A DNA stretch of 64,000 nt from Rhizocola hellebori (GTDB lineage: Bacteria > Actinomycetota > Actinomycetes > Mycobacteriales > Micromonosporaceae): positions 144,352 through 208,351 of the forward strand of contig NZ_BONY01000008.1 in assembly GCF_016862955.1 (NCBI RefSeq). Direction: 5' to 3'. How positions within the stretch are numbered: the first letter of the stretch is position 1; each line of letters begins with the position of its first letter. Shown in pieces: positions 17,620 to 25,014 of this stretch. A model generated the notes under the pieces. It was given only the letters and a program-made list of their open reading frames with translations. It searched no databases and was not told the DNA's origin. Made by a program: the position numbers and the translations under genes.

Positions 17620-17918
17620 CCACACCTGCCACGCAGCAGACGGCACACGGACAAGACAACAGCCCACCCAAACGCAGCAAGATAACCGGCGGGCTCGCCG
17701 CGCTCGCATGCGCGGCCTGCTGCGCCATCCCACTACTGATCGCCGCCGGACTGGTGACCGGCGCAGGAGCCGCGATCCTGGAGAAGACCCTGCTCGCCGT
17801 CGCCGCGCTGCTGGCGGCTGCCGCCCTGGGCATGTGGTGGTGGCACCGCCGCCGCCAAGCCGCAAAAGCCGTCGCCGCGGGCGCATCCGGCTGCGGCAGC
17901 GGCAACTGCTCCTGCTAA
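17616..17918 (+). CDS. MerF/MerT-like small membrane protein (2 TM, CC pair in TM1, C-terminal CGSGNCSC). A putative thiophilic-metal transporter.
   Basis: GGLAALACAACCAIPLLIAAGLV resembles the MerT/MerF TM1 vicinal-Cys motif; ATGA overlap with MerR2. Confidence 0.5.
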   Translation: MTTPATQQTAHGQDNSPPKRSKITGGLAALACAACCAIPLLIAAGLVTGAGAAILEKTLLAVAALLAAAALGMWWWHRRRQAAKAVAAGASGCGSGNCSC

Positions 17919-18128
17919 CCCGACCTCCCGACGGTGGTCGCCGAGACCGAAACGCAGCTCCGAGCCGCGTTTGCTTGCACACGAACGCCACTGCCGTTTC
18001 CAACCAGACTGTCCCCGCGGGCCGCGACGGCTCACGGGTCACCGATGTCGACTGTCCGTTTCGGACACTCTCGTCACTGTCACGGCCGGCCGCCCGAGTG
18101 CTCTCGGGCGGCCCGCTTCCCTTGTGGC

Positions 18129-18890
18129 TCAGGCGACTTTGCGGTGGTACACCCTCATGGCGAACGCGTAGGCGACGATGAGGATGCCGGCGCACCAGCC
18201 CAGGGCGATCCAGATGTCATTGCCGACGGGCTGCTGCTCGAACAAGGCTCGCAGGGCGTTGACGATGGAGGTGACCGGCTGGTTCTCGGCGAAGGCTTTC
18301 ACCGGTCCGGGCATGGTTTCGGTGGGGACGAAGGCCGAGCTGATGAAGGGCAGGAAGATGAGCGGGTAGGAGAAGGCGGTCGCACCGTCGGTGGAGGAGG
18401 CCGCCAGCCCCGCGATCATCGCAACCCAGGTCAGGGAGAGGGTGAACATCGCCAGGATCGCGGCGACGGCGAGCCAGTCGAGGATTCCCGCCGAGGTACG
18501 GAATCCCATCACCAGCCCGACGGCGATGATGACGACCACCGAGATGGCGTTGGACACCACCGAGGTCAGCACGTGTCCCCATAGGACAGACGATCGTGCG
18601 ATCGGCATGGAGTGGAACCGTTCGAAGATGCCGCTTTGCATGTCGTTGAACAACCGGAAGCCCGTGTAGGAGATGCCACTGGCGATGGCGATGAGCAAAA
18701 TCCCGGGCATCAGATAGTTGGTGTAGTTGTCGGTGCCGGTCTGGATGGCACCGCCGAACACGTAGCGGAACAACAGCATGAACGCGATCGGCATGATGGT
18801 GACGGTGATGATGGTGTCCATGCTGCGGGTGACGTGCCGGATGGACCGGCCGAGCATTACCCCTGTGTTGCTGATGACATGTGCGCTCAT
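18129..18890 (-). CDS. ABC-2 type exporter permease (6 TM)
   Basis: 253 aa, ABC-2 hydrophobic pattern; ATGA overlap with the ATPase. Confidence 0.85.
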   Translation of the reverse strand: MSAHVISNTGVMLGRSIRHVTRSMDTIITVTIMPIAFMLLFRYVFGGAIQTGTDNYTNYLMPGILLIAIASGISYTGFRLFNDMQSGIFERFHSMPIARSSVLWGHVLTSVVSNAISVVVIIAVGLVMGFRTSAGILDWLAVAAILAMFTLSLTWVAMIAGLAASSTDGATAFSYPLIFLPFISSAFVPTETMPGPVKAFAENQPVTSIVNALRALFEQQPVGNDIWIALGWCAGILIVAYAFAMRVYHRKVA

Positions 18891-19660
18891 CGCCGCGCTC
18901 CTTCCTTGTTTCCGACGATCGCCAGGAAGATCTCTTCCAGGGTGGGCTGACGTTCGACCAGTTCGGCCTTTGCGGGCGGCAGGAGCTGACGTAGCTCTGC
19001 CAGAGTGCCGGAGACGATGATGATGCCCTGGTGCAGGATGGCTATGCGGTCGGCCAGTTTTTCGGCCTCTTCCAGGTATTGGGTGGTGAGAAGGATCGTC
19101 GTTCCTTTGCCGGCCAGGCTTTGGATCTCGTGCCACACTTCGAGGCGGGCTTCCGGGTCAAGCCCGGTGGTCGGCTCGTCCAGGAAGATGACCGGCGGGT
19201 CGCCGATGAGGCTCATGGCGATGTCGAGGCGGCGGCGCATGCCACCGGAATAGGTCGCTACTCGGCGTCCTCCCGCATCGGACAGGCCGAACCGTGCCAG
19301 CAGGTCGTCGGCGACGGTGCCAGGATTGGGTACCAGCCGCAGCTTGGCGACCATGATGAGGTTCTCCCGGCCGGTGAGGATCTCGTCGACCGCGGCGAAC
19401 TGCCCGGTCAGGCTGATCGACTCCCGAACCCGCTCCGGCTTGGCCACCGCGTCGAATCCGTTGACTGTTGCCGTTCCGCCATCTGGTTTGAGCAAAGTGG
19501 ACAGGATGCGGACAACGGTGGTCTTGCCGGCTCCGTTGGAGCCGAGCAGCGCGAAGATGCTCCCGCTGGCCACCGAGAAGTCCACGCCTTTGAGGACTTC
19601 GAGTTTGCCGTAAGACTTTTGCAATCCGCTGACTTGGATGGCGAGGGGTGGGGTTTTCAT
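18887..19660 (-). CDS. ABC transporter ATP-binding protein (DrrA-like)
   Basis: GSNGAGKTT (Walker A), YSGGMRRRLDIAMSL (signature), VIFLDEPTTGLD (Walker B). Confidence 0.9.
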   Translation of the reverse strand: MKTPPLAIQVSGLQKSYGKLEVLKGVDFSVASGSIFALLGSNGAGKTTVVRILSTLLKPDGGTATVNGFDAVAKPERVRESISLTGQFAAVDEILTGRENLIMVAKLRLVPNPGTVADDLLARFGLSDAGGRRVATYSGGMRRRLDIAMSLIGDPPVIFLDEPTTGLDPEARLEVWHEIQSLAGKGTTILLTTQYLEEAEKLADRIAILHQGIIIVSGTLAELRQLLPPAKAELVERQPTLEEIFLAIVGNKEGARR

Positions 19661-19674
19661 GTGTCGCTCTCTCC

Positions 19675-20532
19675 TTATTCGACAGTCACGTTGGCGGGGG
19701 CAACGCCGAAGCCTTTGAGCGCGGCGTAGGTCAGCTTGTCCATGCGCGCCCCTTCGAAGTTCACAGTGGCCAAGGCCCGGTAGTACTTCTTGCTCCAGCC
19801 ACGGAAGGAGCAGTCGCGCAGGATCGCCCCTCGCATCGACACGCCCTCAAGCCCTGCCCGGTCGAACTTCACCCCGGTGAAGGACGCCCCGTCGAAGTTG
19901 AGGCCGCTCAGATCGGAGATGGAGAAGTCCACGCCGGTGAAGGTGCAGCGCTCGAAGATGGTGTGGCGAAGGTCGGTCTTGCGGAACGCGACATCGATCA
20001 ACACCGCGTCGGCGAAGCGGACTCCTTCGAGACCGGAGATGCTGAAGTCGGTGCGCACCAACCGGGTTCGGTGGAAGCTGGAACCCTTCAGCTCGGAGGT
20101 GGTCATGACCGCGTCGGTCAGGTTGGCGCCGTCGAAGTTCGCCTCGGCCAGGTCGCTGCTCTTGAACTTGCCACCGGTCAGATCCGCGTTGGCGAAATTG
20201 GAGCCACGCAGCGCGCTGGTGCTGAACTTTCCGTCCCGCGCCACCACACCGGCGAAGTCGCTTCCCCGCAGGTCGGTCGAATCGAATCGGGTCACGACCT
20301 TTCGCTCCAGCACCCGAGACAGTTGCGACACCTCCTGCACCGTCTCCTCGATGTCGCCGATGCTGTCGACGGTCATCTCGAAAGCGGTCTCCTCGTCCTT
20401 GCCTTCGGCCAGCAGCTCGCGATATCGCTCCTGCAGGTCGGCGAGCAGATCAGCTTTGAGCTCACCGACGCTCTTGGTGCCCTCGTAGGTGGCGAAGATG
20501 CCGTCGATGTATTCGTTCAGCCTGTTGTTCAT
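19675..20532 (-). CDS. Pentapeptide-repeat protein with N-terminal PadR-associated (HAAS/DUF1700-like) helical domain. No TM segment.
   Basis: N-terminus MNNRLNEYIDGIFATYEGTKSVGELKADLLADLQERYRELLAEGKDEETAFEMTVDSIGDIEET; residues 80-285 are continuous A(D/N)LxG pentapeptide repeats. Confidence 0.8.
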   Translation of the reverse strand: MNNRLNEYIDGIFATYEGTKSVGELKADLLADLQERYRELLAEGKDEETAFEMTVDSIGDIEETVQEVSQLSRVLERKVVTRFDSTDLRGSDFAGVVARDGKFSTSALRGSNFANADLTGGKFKSSDLAEANFDGANLTDAVMTTSELKGSSFHRTRLVRTDFSISGLEGVRFADAVLIDVAFRKTDLRHTIFERCTFTGVDFSISDLSGLNFDGASFTGVKFDRAGLEGVSMRGAILRDCSFRGWSKKYYRALATVNFEGARMDKLTYAALKGFGVAPANVTVE

Positions 20533-20544
20533 CGTGGTTTCCCC

Positions 20545-20874
20545 TTACAGCAGCGTGTCCAGTACGCGTTTGGCGTACGCCCAGGTGGTTTTGTTGTGCG
20601 CGTAAGTCGCGTGGCCTTTTTCGGTTACCCGGAAGTACTTGCGTCTTCCGCCCTGGGATTCGTCGCCCCAGTACCACGTGATGTCGCCATCGGCTTCCAG
20701 ACGCCGGACGCTGGAGTACATCGTGGCTTCCTTGAGCTCGTACTCGCCCTTTGATCGTTCGCCGATCAGCTTGACGATCTCGTAGCCGTAACGGTCTGCC
20801 TCCGTCAGCAACCGCAAGATCATCGTGTCGGTGTTCCCCCGTAGCAGGTCAGATGTGACCTTGTTCGTGCTCAT
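20545..20874 (-). CDS. PadR-family transcriptional regulator (lower GC than its neighbours)
   Basis: LRGNTDTMILRLLTEADRYGYEIVKLI...TMYSSVRRLEADGDI. Confidence 0.9.
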   Translation of the reverse strand: MSTNKVTSDLLRGNTDTMILRLLTEADRYGYEIVKLIGERSKGEYELKEATMYSSVRRLEADGDITWYWGDESQGGRRKYFRVTEKGHATYAHNKTTWAYAKRVLDTLL

Positions 20875-20986
20875 ACCTCACCTCCTGAGCTACACCGTAG
20901 CTCGCACTACTGTGACTGTCAAGGTACTAGGGTATTCGAGGTAGGCCGATGGGTATGGTGGGTCCAGCGTGCGACTGGTTTAATTT

Positions 20987-21040
20987 CTACCTTGAATTTT
21001 TTAACATCTCAACTAGATGATCTTAATTTATTCAAGGTAG
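20987..21040. promoter_or_regulatory. AT-rich island with 10-bp perfect inverted repeat CTACCTTGAA ... TTCAAGGTAG (34-nt spacer) upstream of the PadR gene. A candidate PadR operator.
   Basis: Region 20881-21053 is markedly AT-rich; the IR was read directly. Confidence 0.4.
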
Positions 21041-21053
21041 TTAGCTGAAGTCG

Positions 21054-23000
21054 TTAAACCTCGATGTGAGAGCCCATGATGATGGTGCGGTCGCGCGGCA
21101 GGGCGAAGTGTTCGGCGGCGTCGGCGGTGATGTGTGAGGTGGCCACGAACAGCCGCTTGCGCCACGGCACCATCGAGGCGTCGGGGCCGCTGCGCAATTC
21201 AATGGTGGAAAGGAAATAGGAGGCGTCGTCGAGGTCGAGGCGCCCCTCGGTCTGGGCTGGGTCCAGCATCCGCAGCGCGGCCGGCACGTCAGGGTTTTCC
21301 ATGTAGCCGAAGCGCGCCGTCACATGGATGATGCCGTCATCGGCGTGGCCGAGGTCGTCGACGATAAGCCTTTCCTCGGCCGGCACTCGCGGCATCGGTT
21401 CGGTTTGCACCGACAGGATCACGACGTGCTGGTGGCGGACCCGGTTGTGTTCCACGTTGGCCCGCAACGCCAGTGGCGCGGTTGCCTTGCCCCGGTTGAG
21501 AAACACGGCGGTGCCCGGCGTGCGGCGGATCAGGGCTTTGCCGTCACGCAGTTTGGCGACGAACTCGCTCAGTGAGCCTTCGCGCTGCTGACGGCGAGCG
21601 GTGACCAGCTCACGCCCACGCTGCCATGTGATCATGATGGTGAAGGCGACAATGGCGATCAACAGCGGCAGCCAGGCGCCGTGCAGGATCTTGGTCAGGT
21701 TGGCGGCCAGGAAGAGCAGATCGACGCCGAGCAGGATGACCGCGCCAATAGCCAGCAGCCACACCGGTGTCTTCCACTTCAGGTGGGCGACATAGAGGAA
21801 CAGTGTCGTGGTGATGGTGATAGTTCCGGTGACCGCCATGCCGAACGCGAAGGCGAGCGCCGCCGAGCTGCGGAAGGCGAACACCAGGATCAGCACGGAG
21901 GTCATCAGCAGCCAGTTGATCCACGGTACGTAGATCTGGCCAATCGTCGACTCGGAGGTGTGCGCGATCCGCAGTCTGGGCAGATAACCCAATCGTGCGG
22001 CCTGCGCCGCGACCGAGAACGCGCCGGTGATCACCGCTTGCGAGGCGATCACCGTGGCGGCGGTGGCCAGCAGTACCAGCGGCAGCCGCGCCCAGCCCGG
22101 GGCGAGCAGGAAGAAGGGGCTGCTGATGTTGGCCGGGTCTTCGAGGATCAGCGCGCCCTGGCCCATGTAGCTCAATGCGCAGGCGGGCAGCACGAGGAAC
22201 AGCCATCCTCGTGCGATGGCCTTGCGGCCGAAGTGACCCATGTCGGCGTACAGCGCCTCGGCGCCGGTGATGGCCAGCACGATCGCGGCCAGCGCGAAAA
22301 ACGCGACCCCGAAGTTGCCGGCCAGGAACTTCAGCGCGTAAAGCGGTGACAGGGCTTTGAGGATGTCCGGATGGGTGGCGATGCCCACGACACCCAGGAC
22401 GCCGATGGTGGTGAACCAGACGATCATCACCGGCCCGAAGACCTTGCCCACGGCCGCAGTTCCGCGCCGCTGCACCAGAAACAGGGCCACGATGATCACC
22501 GCTGTGATGGGGATGATCGCGTCTGCGAAGGCCGGGTTGACGACCTTGATGCCCTCCACTGCGGACAGTACCGAGATCGCCGGGGTGATCATGCTGTCGC
22601 CGAAGAACAGCGCGGCGCCGAAGATGCCCAGTCCGGCCAGGGTCACGGCCGCCCGCTTGCCGGTGCCCGAAGCCCACTGCCGCAGCAGGGTGATCAGCGC
22701 CATGATGCCGCCTTCACCCTGGTTGTCTATCCGCATGGCCAGAAGTACGTAGGTCACCGTCACGATGATCATCACGGACCAGAAGATGGTGGAGACCACA
22801 CCGAAGACATTGTCGACCGATACCGGCACCGGATGGGGATCGGCCGGGTTGAACACCGTCTGAATGGTGTAGATCGGGCTGGTGCCGATGTCGCCGAACA
22901 CCACGCCCAGGGCGGCGACGATCACTGCCAGCCGCACGACATCGCTTACCCCGCGGTCGTGATTCGTCTCGGCCTGTGGGTGATTGCCGGCCATTACCAT
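21054..23000 (-). CDS. kup: KUP/HAK/KT-family potassium uptake protein
   Basis: GVVFGDIGTSPIY near the N-terminus; about 650 aa, 12 TM + C-terminal cytoplasmic domain; the exact start is uncertain (the ORF extends to 23051). Confidence 0.9.
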   Translation of the reverse strand: MVMAGNHPQAETNHDRGVSDVVRLAVIVAALGVVFGDIGTSPIYTIQTVFNPADPHPVPVSVDNVFGVVSTIFWSVMIIVTVTYVLLAMRIDNQGEGGIMALITLLRQWASGTGKRAAVTLAGLGIFGAALFFGDSMITPAISVLSAVEGIKVVNPAFADAIIPITAVIIVALFLVQRRGTAAVGKVFGPVMIVWFTTIGVLGVVGIATHPDILKALSPLYALKFLAGNFGVAFFALAAIVLAITGAEALYADMGHFGRKAIARGWLFLVLPACALSYMGQGALILEDPANISSPFFLLAPGWARLPLVLLATAATVIASQAVITGAFSVAAQAARLGYLPRLRIAHTSESTIGQIYVPWINWLLMTSVLILVFAFRSSAALAFAFGMAVTGTITITTTLFLYVAHLKWKTPVWLLAIGAVILLGVDLLFLAANLTKILHGAWLPLLIAIVAFTIMITWQRGRELVTARRQQREGSLSEFVAKLRDGKALIRRTPGTAVFLNRGKATAPLALRANVEHNRVRHQHVVILSVQTEPMPRVPAEERLIVDDLGHADDGIIHVTARFGYMENPDVPAALRMLDPAQTEGRLDLDDASYFLSTIELRSGPDASMVPWRKRLFVATSHITADAAEHFALPRDRTIIMGSHIEV

Positions 23001-23105
23001 TCCTCCGCCCGAGCGGTGGGCCACCGCATGATCGGTGTCCTCCAGCGGCACATTATCCGGCCCGCCGCCGGTGGCATCGGGCTGGGCGCGCCTCGCGCGA
23101 GACGC

Positions 23106-24299
23106 TCAAGGCTGGCTGGCAACGATTTGTGACTGCAGCGCACGGCTGCCCGTGCTCGCGGCATACGCGCACACCGCCATCCACGCGCCCATCAGCCAGA
23201 TGAACACGTGGACATTAACCACGTTGCCGAGCAGCCCAAGCGGGAAACTGAGCATGAAAAGCGCCAGCCTCGCCCAGGTCGCTTTGTCGAAGTCGATCCG
23301 CATCCCCAGCAGATAGGTACCGATGCCGCAGCTGACCAACCAGTATCCGGCCACCGCGGGGTTGGGCAGCAGCAGCACCCGCAACCCTGCGGCGATCATG
23401 ACGATGGCGAACGCGGGAATTATTCGCCCGGCGCCAAAGACCGATCGCGCAATTTCCGGTGCCCCGCCTGACATTTCCAGCAGTCGCTCGTAGGTGCGCG
23501 CCACGGCGTCGAAATAGGTCCACCACAAAGCGCCGGCCAGAACGAGCACACCGGCGGCATCCGGCCACGACAGGTCGCCGTGCGCCACTGCCGCCTGCCC
23601 GGCCGTCACCACGACCTCACCGAGCAGGATGATGATGAACAGGCCGAGCCGTTCGGCTAGATGCGGCACGTTGAGCGCGTACTCCGGATCGGTCGGCTTG
23701 AGCAGCCGCAGGCTTTTGCGCCAGTCTTTGCCCGTGTCCGCCTGCTCTTCGGCGGAGAGGCGGCGGGGTTTGCCCGCGGCGAACGCCGCGAGGGACTCGC
23801 TGACGATCACGGCCGCCCACAGCAGCCACCACAACGGGCTGGGCAGCAGCAGCGACACCACCAACGCGATGGCCGACGCCCCGTAAGCGGACGCGATGCG
23901 TCTGGACAGGTCGCGCCCCTGCACCGCGTTCATGACCGCAAGCAGTGCCCGGGCGGCGGCAAGGCTCAGGGTGAACGCCACCCGGTGACCATCCATGAGG
24001 GCGGGCAATGCCACCGCCGCCAGCCCGCACGGGACGGTCGCCGCGATCAGCGCAAGGCGTTGCCATGCCGAACGGTCGTCGCCGTAACGGTTGTAGAAGA
24101 CGACGAACCCGATCCAGGTCCACCACAACACCGCGAACAGGCCCAGACCCTGCGCCAGCCCGGCCCATCCCGGATGGTCGGCCACCACATGGGACACCTG
24201 CGCGATCGCCAGGACGAAGACCAGGTCGAAGTAGACCTCGATCCACGCTGCTTTCTTCACTGCCGGGATGGGGGTGATCATGCCGCCCATTATGATCAA
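23106..24299 (-). CDS. Low-temperature-requirement A (LtrA)-family membrane protein
   Basis: EVYFDLVFVLAIAQVSH N-terminal signature; 397 aa polytopic. Confidence 0.75.
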   Translation of the reverse strand: MIIMGGMITPIPAVKKAAWIEVYFDLVFVLAIAQVSHVVADHPGWAGLAQGLGLFAVLWWTWIGFVVFYNRYGDDRSAWQRLALIAATVPCGLAAVALPALMDGHRVAFTLSLAAARALLAVMNAVQGRDLSRRIASAYGASAIALVVSLLLPSPLWWLLWAAVIVSESLAAFAAGKPRRLSAEEQADTGKDWRKSLRLLKPTDPEYALNVPHLAERLGLFIIILLGEVVVTAGQAAVAHGDLSWPDAAGVLVLAGALWWTYFDAVARTYERLLEMSGGAPEIARSVFGAGRIIPAFAIVMIAAGLRVLLLPNPAVAGYWLVSCGIGTYLLGMRIDFDKATWARLALFMLSFPLGLLGNVVNVHVFIWLMGAWMAVCAYAASTGSRALQSQIVASQP

Positions 24300-24330
24300 C
24301 CGCCGGTCGCTCGCAAAACCGATAGCCGAT

Positions 24331-25014
24331 TCAGGGGTTGGCCAGGAAGCGGTAGCCCATGCCCGGCTCGGTCAGCAACTGGCGGGGGTGGGCCGGGTCG
24401 GGCTCGAGTTTCCGGCGCAGTTGCGCCATGTACTGGCGCAGGTAATTGGTTTCCGATGCGTACTGCGGGCCCCACACATCGTGCAGGAGTTGCTTTTGGC
24501 TGATGAGCTTGCCGGGGCTGCGCACCAGAAGACTCAGCAGGTGCCACTCGGTGGGGGTCAGGCGCGTCCCTTCACCACCCTCGGTGCTGGTGATGAGATG
24601 GTTGGCGACGTCGACCGAGTGCCGGCCGATGAGCACAGTCGTGGCGGCCTGGCCGGCATGGCGGCGGGTGACGGCCCGCATCCGGGCAAGCAGTTCGTCG
24701 ACGCCGAATGGTTTGGTGACGTAGTCGTCAGCACCCGCGTCGAGGGCCTTGACTTTGTCTTCGCTTCCGGCCCGCCCGGAGAGCACGATGATGGGCGCGT
24801 CGGTCCAGCCGCGTACCCGCCGGATGACCTCGACGCCGTCCATGTCGGGCAGGCCGAGGTCGAGGACGATGAGGTCGGGTAGGTAGGCGGCCGCGCTTTC
24901 CAGCGCCGAGCCACCATCGGCGGCCGTCTGCACGTCGTAGTCGCGGGCGCGCAGGTTGATGCGAAGCGCGCGCAGGATTTGCGGCTCGTCGTCGACGATC
25001 AGCACCTTCGTCAT
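24331..25014 (-). CDS. kdpE: KdpE response regulator (OmpR family)
   Basis: MTKVLIVDDEPQILRALRINL...; winged-helix C-terminus; ATGA overlap with kdpD. Confidence 0.9.
   Translation of the reverse strand: MTKVLIVDDEPQILRALRINLRARDYDVQTAADGGSALESAAAYLPDLIVLDLGLPDMDGVEVIRRVRGWTDAPIIVLSGRAGSEDKVKALDAGADDYVTKPFGVDELLARMRAVTRRHAGQAATTVLIGRHSVDVANHLITSTEGGEGTRLTPTEWHLLSLLVRSPGKLISQKQLLHDVWGPQYASETNYLRQYMAQLRRKLEPDPAHPRQLLTEPGMGYRFLANP

Noticed and set aside
23001-23105. Possible c-di-AMP (ydaO-type) riboswitch in the kup or kdp leaders
   Set aside because: c-di-AMP riboswitches commonly precede K+ transporter genes, but neither the 100-nt kup leader nor the 190-nt kdp leader shows the conserved paired elements I can recall. 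Not callable without a covariance-model scan.
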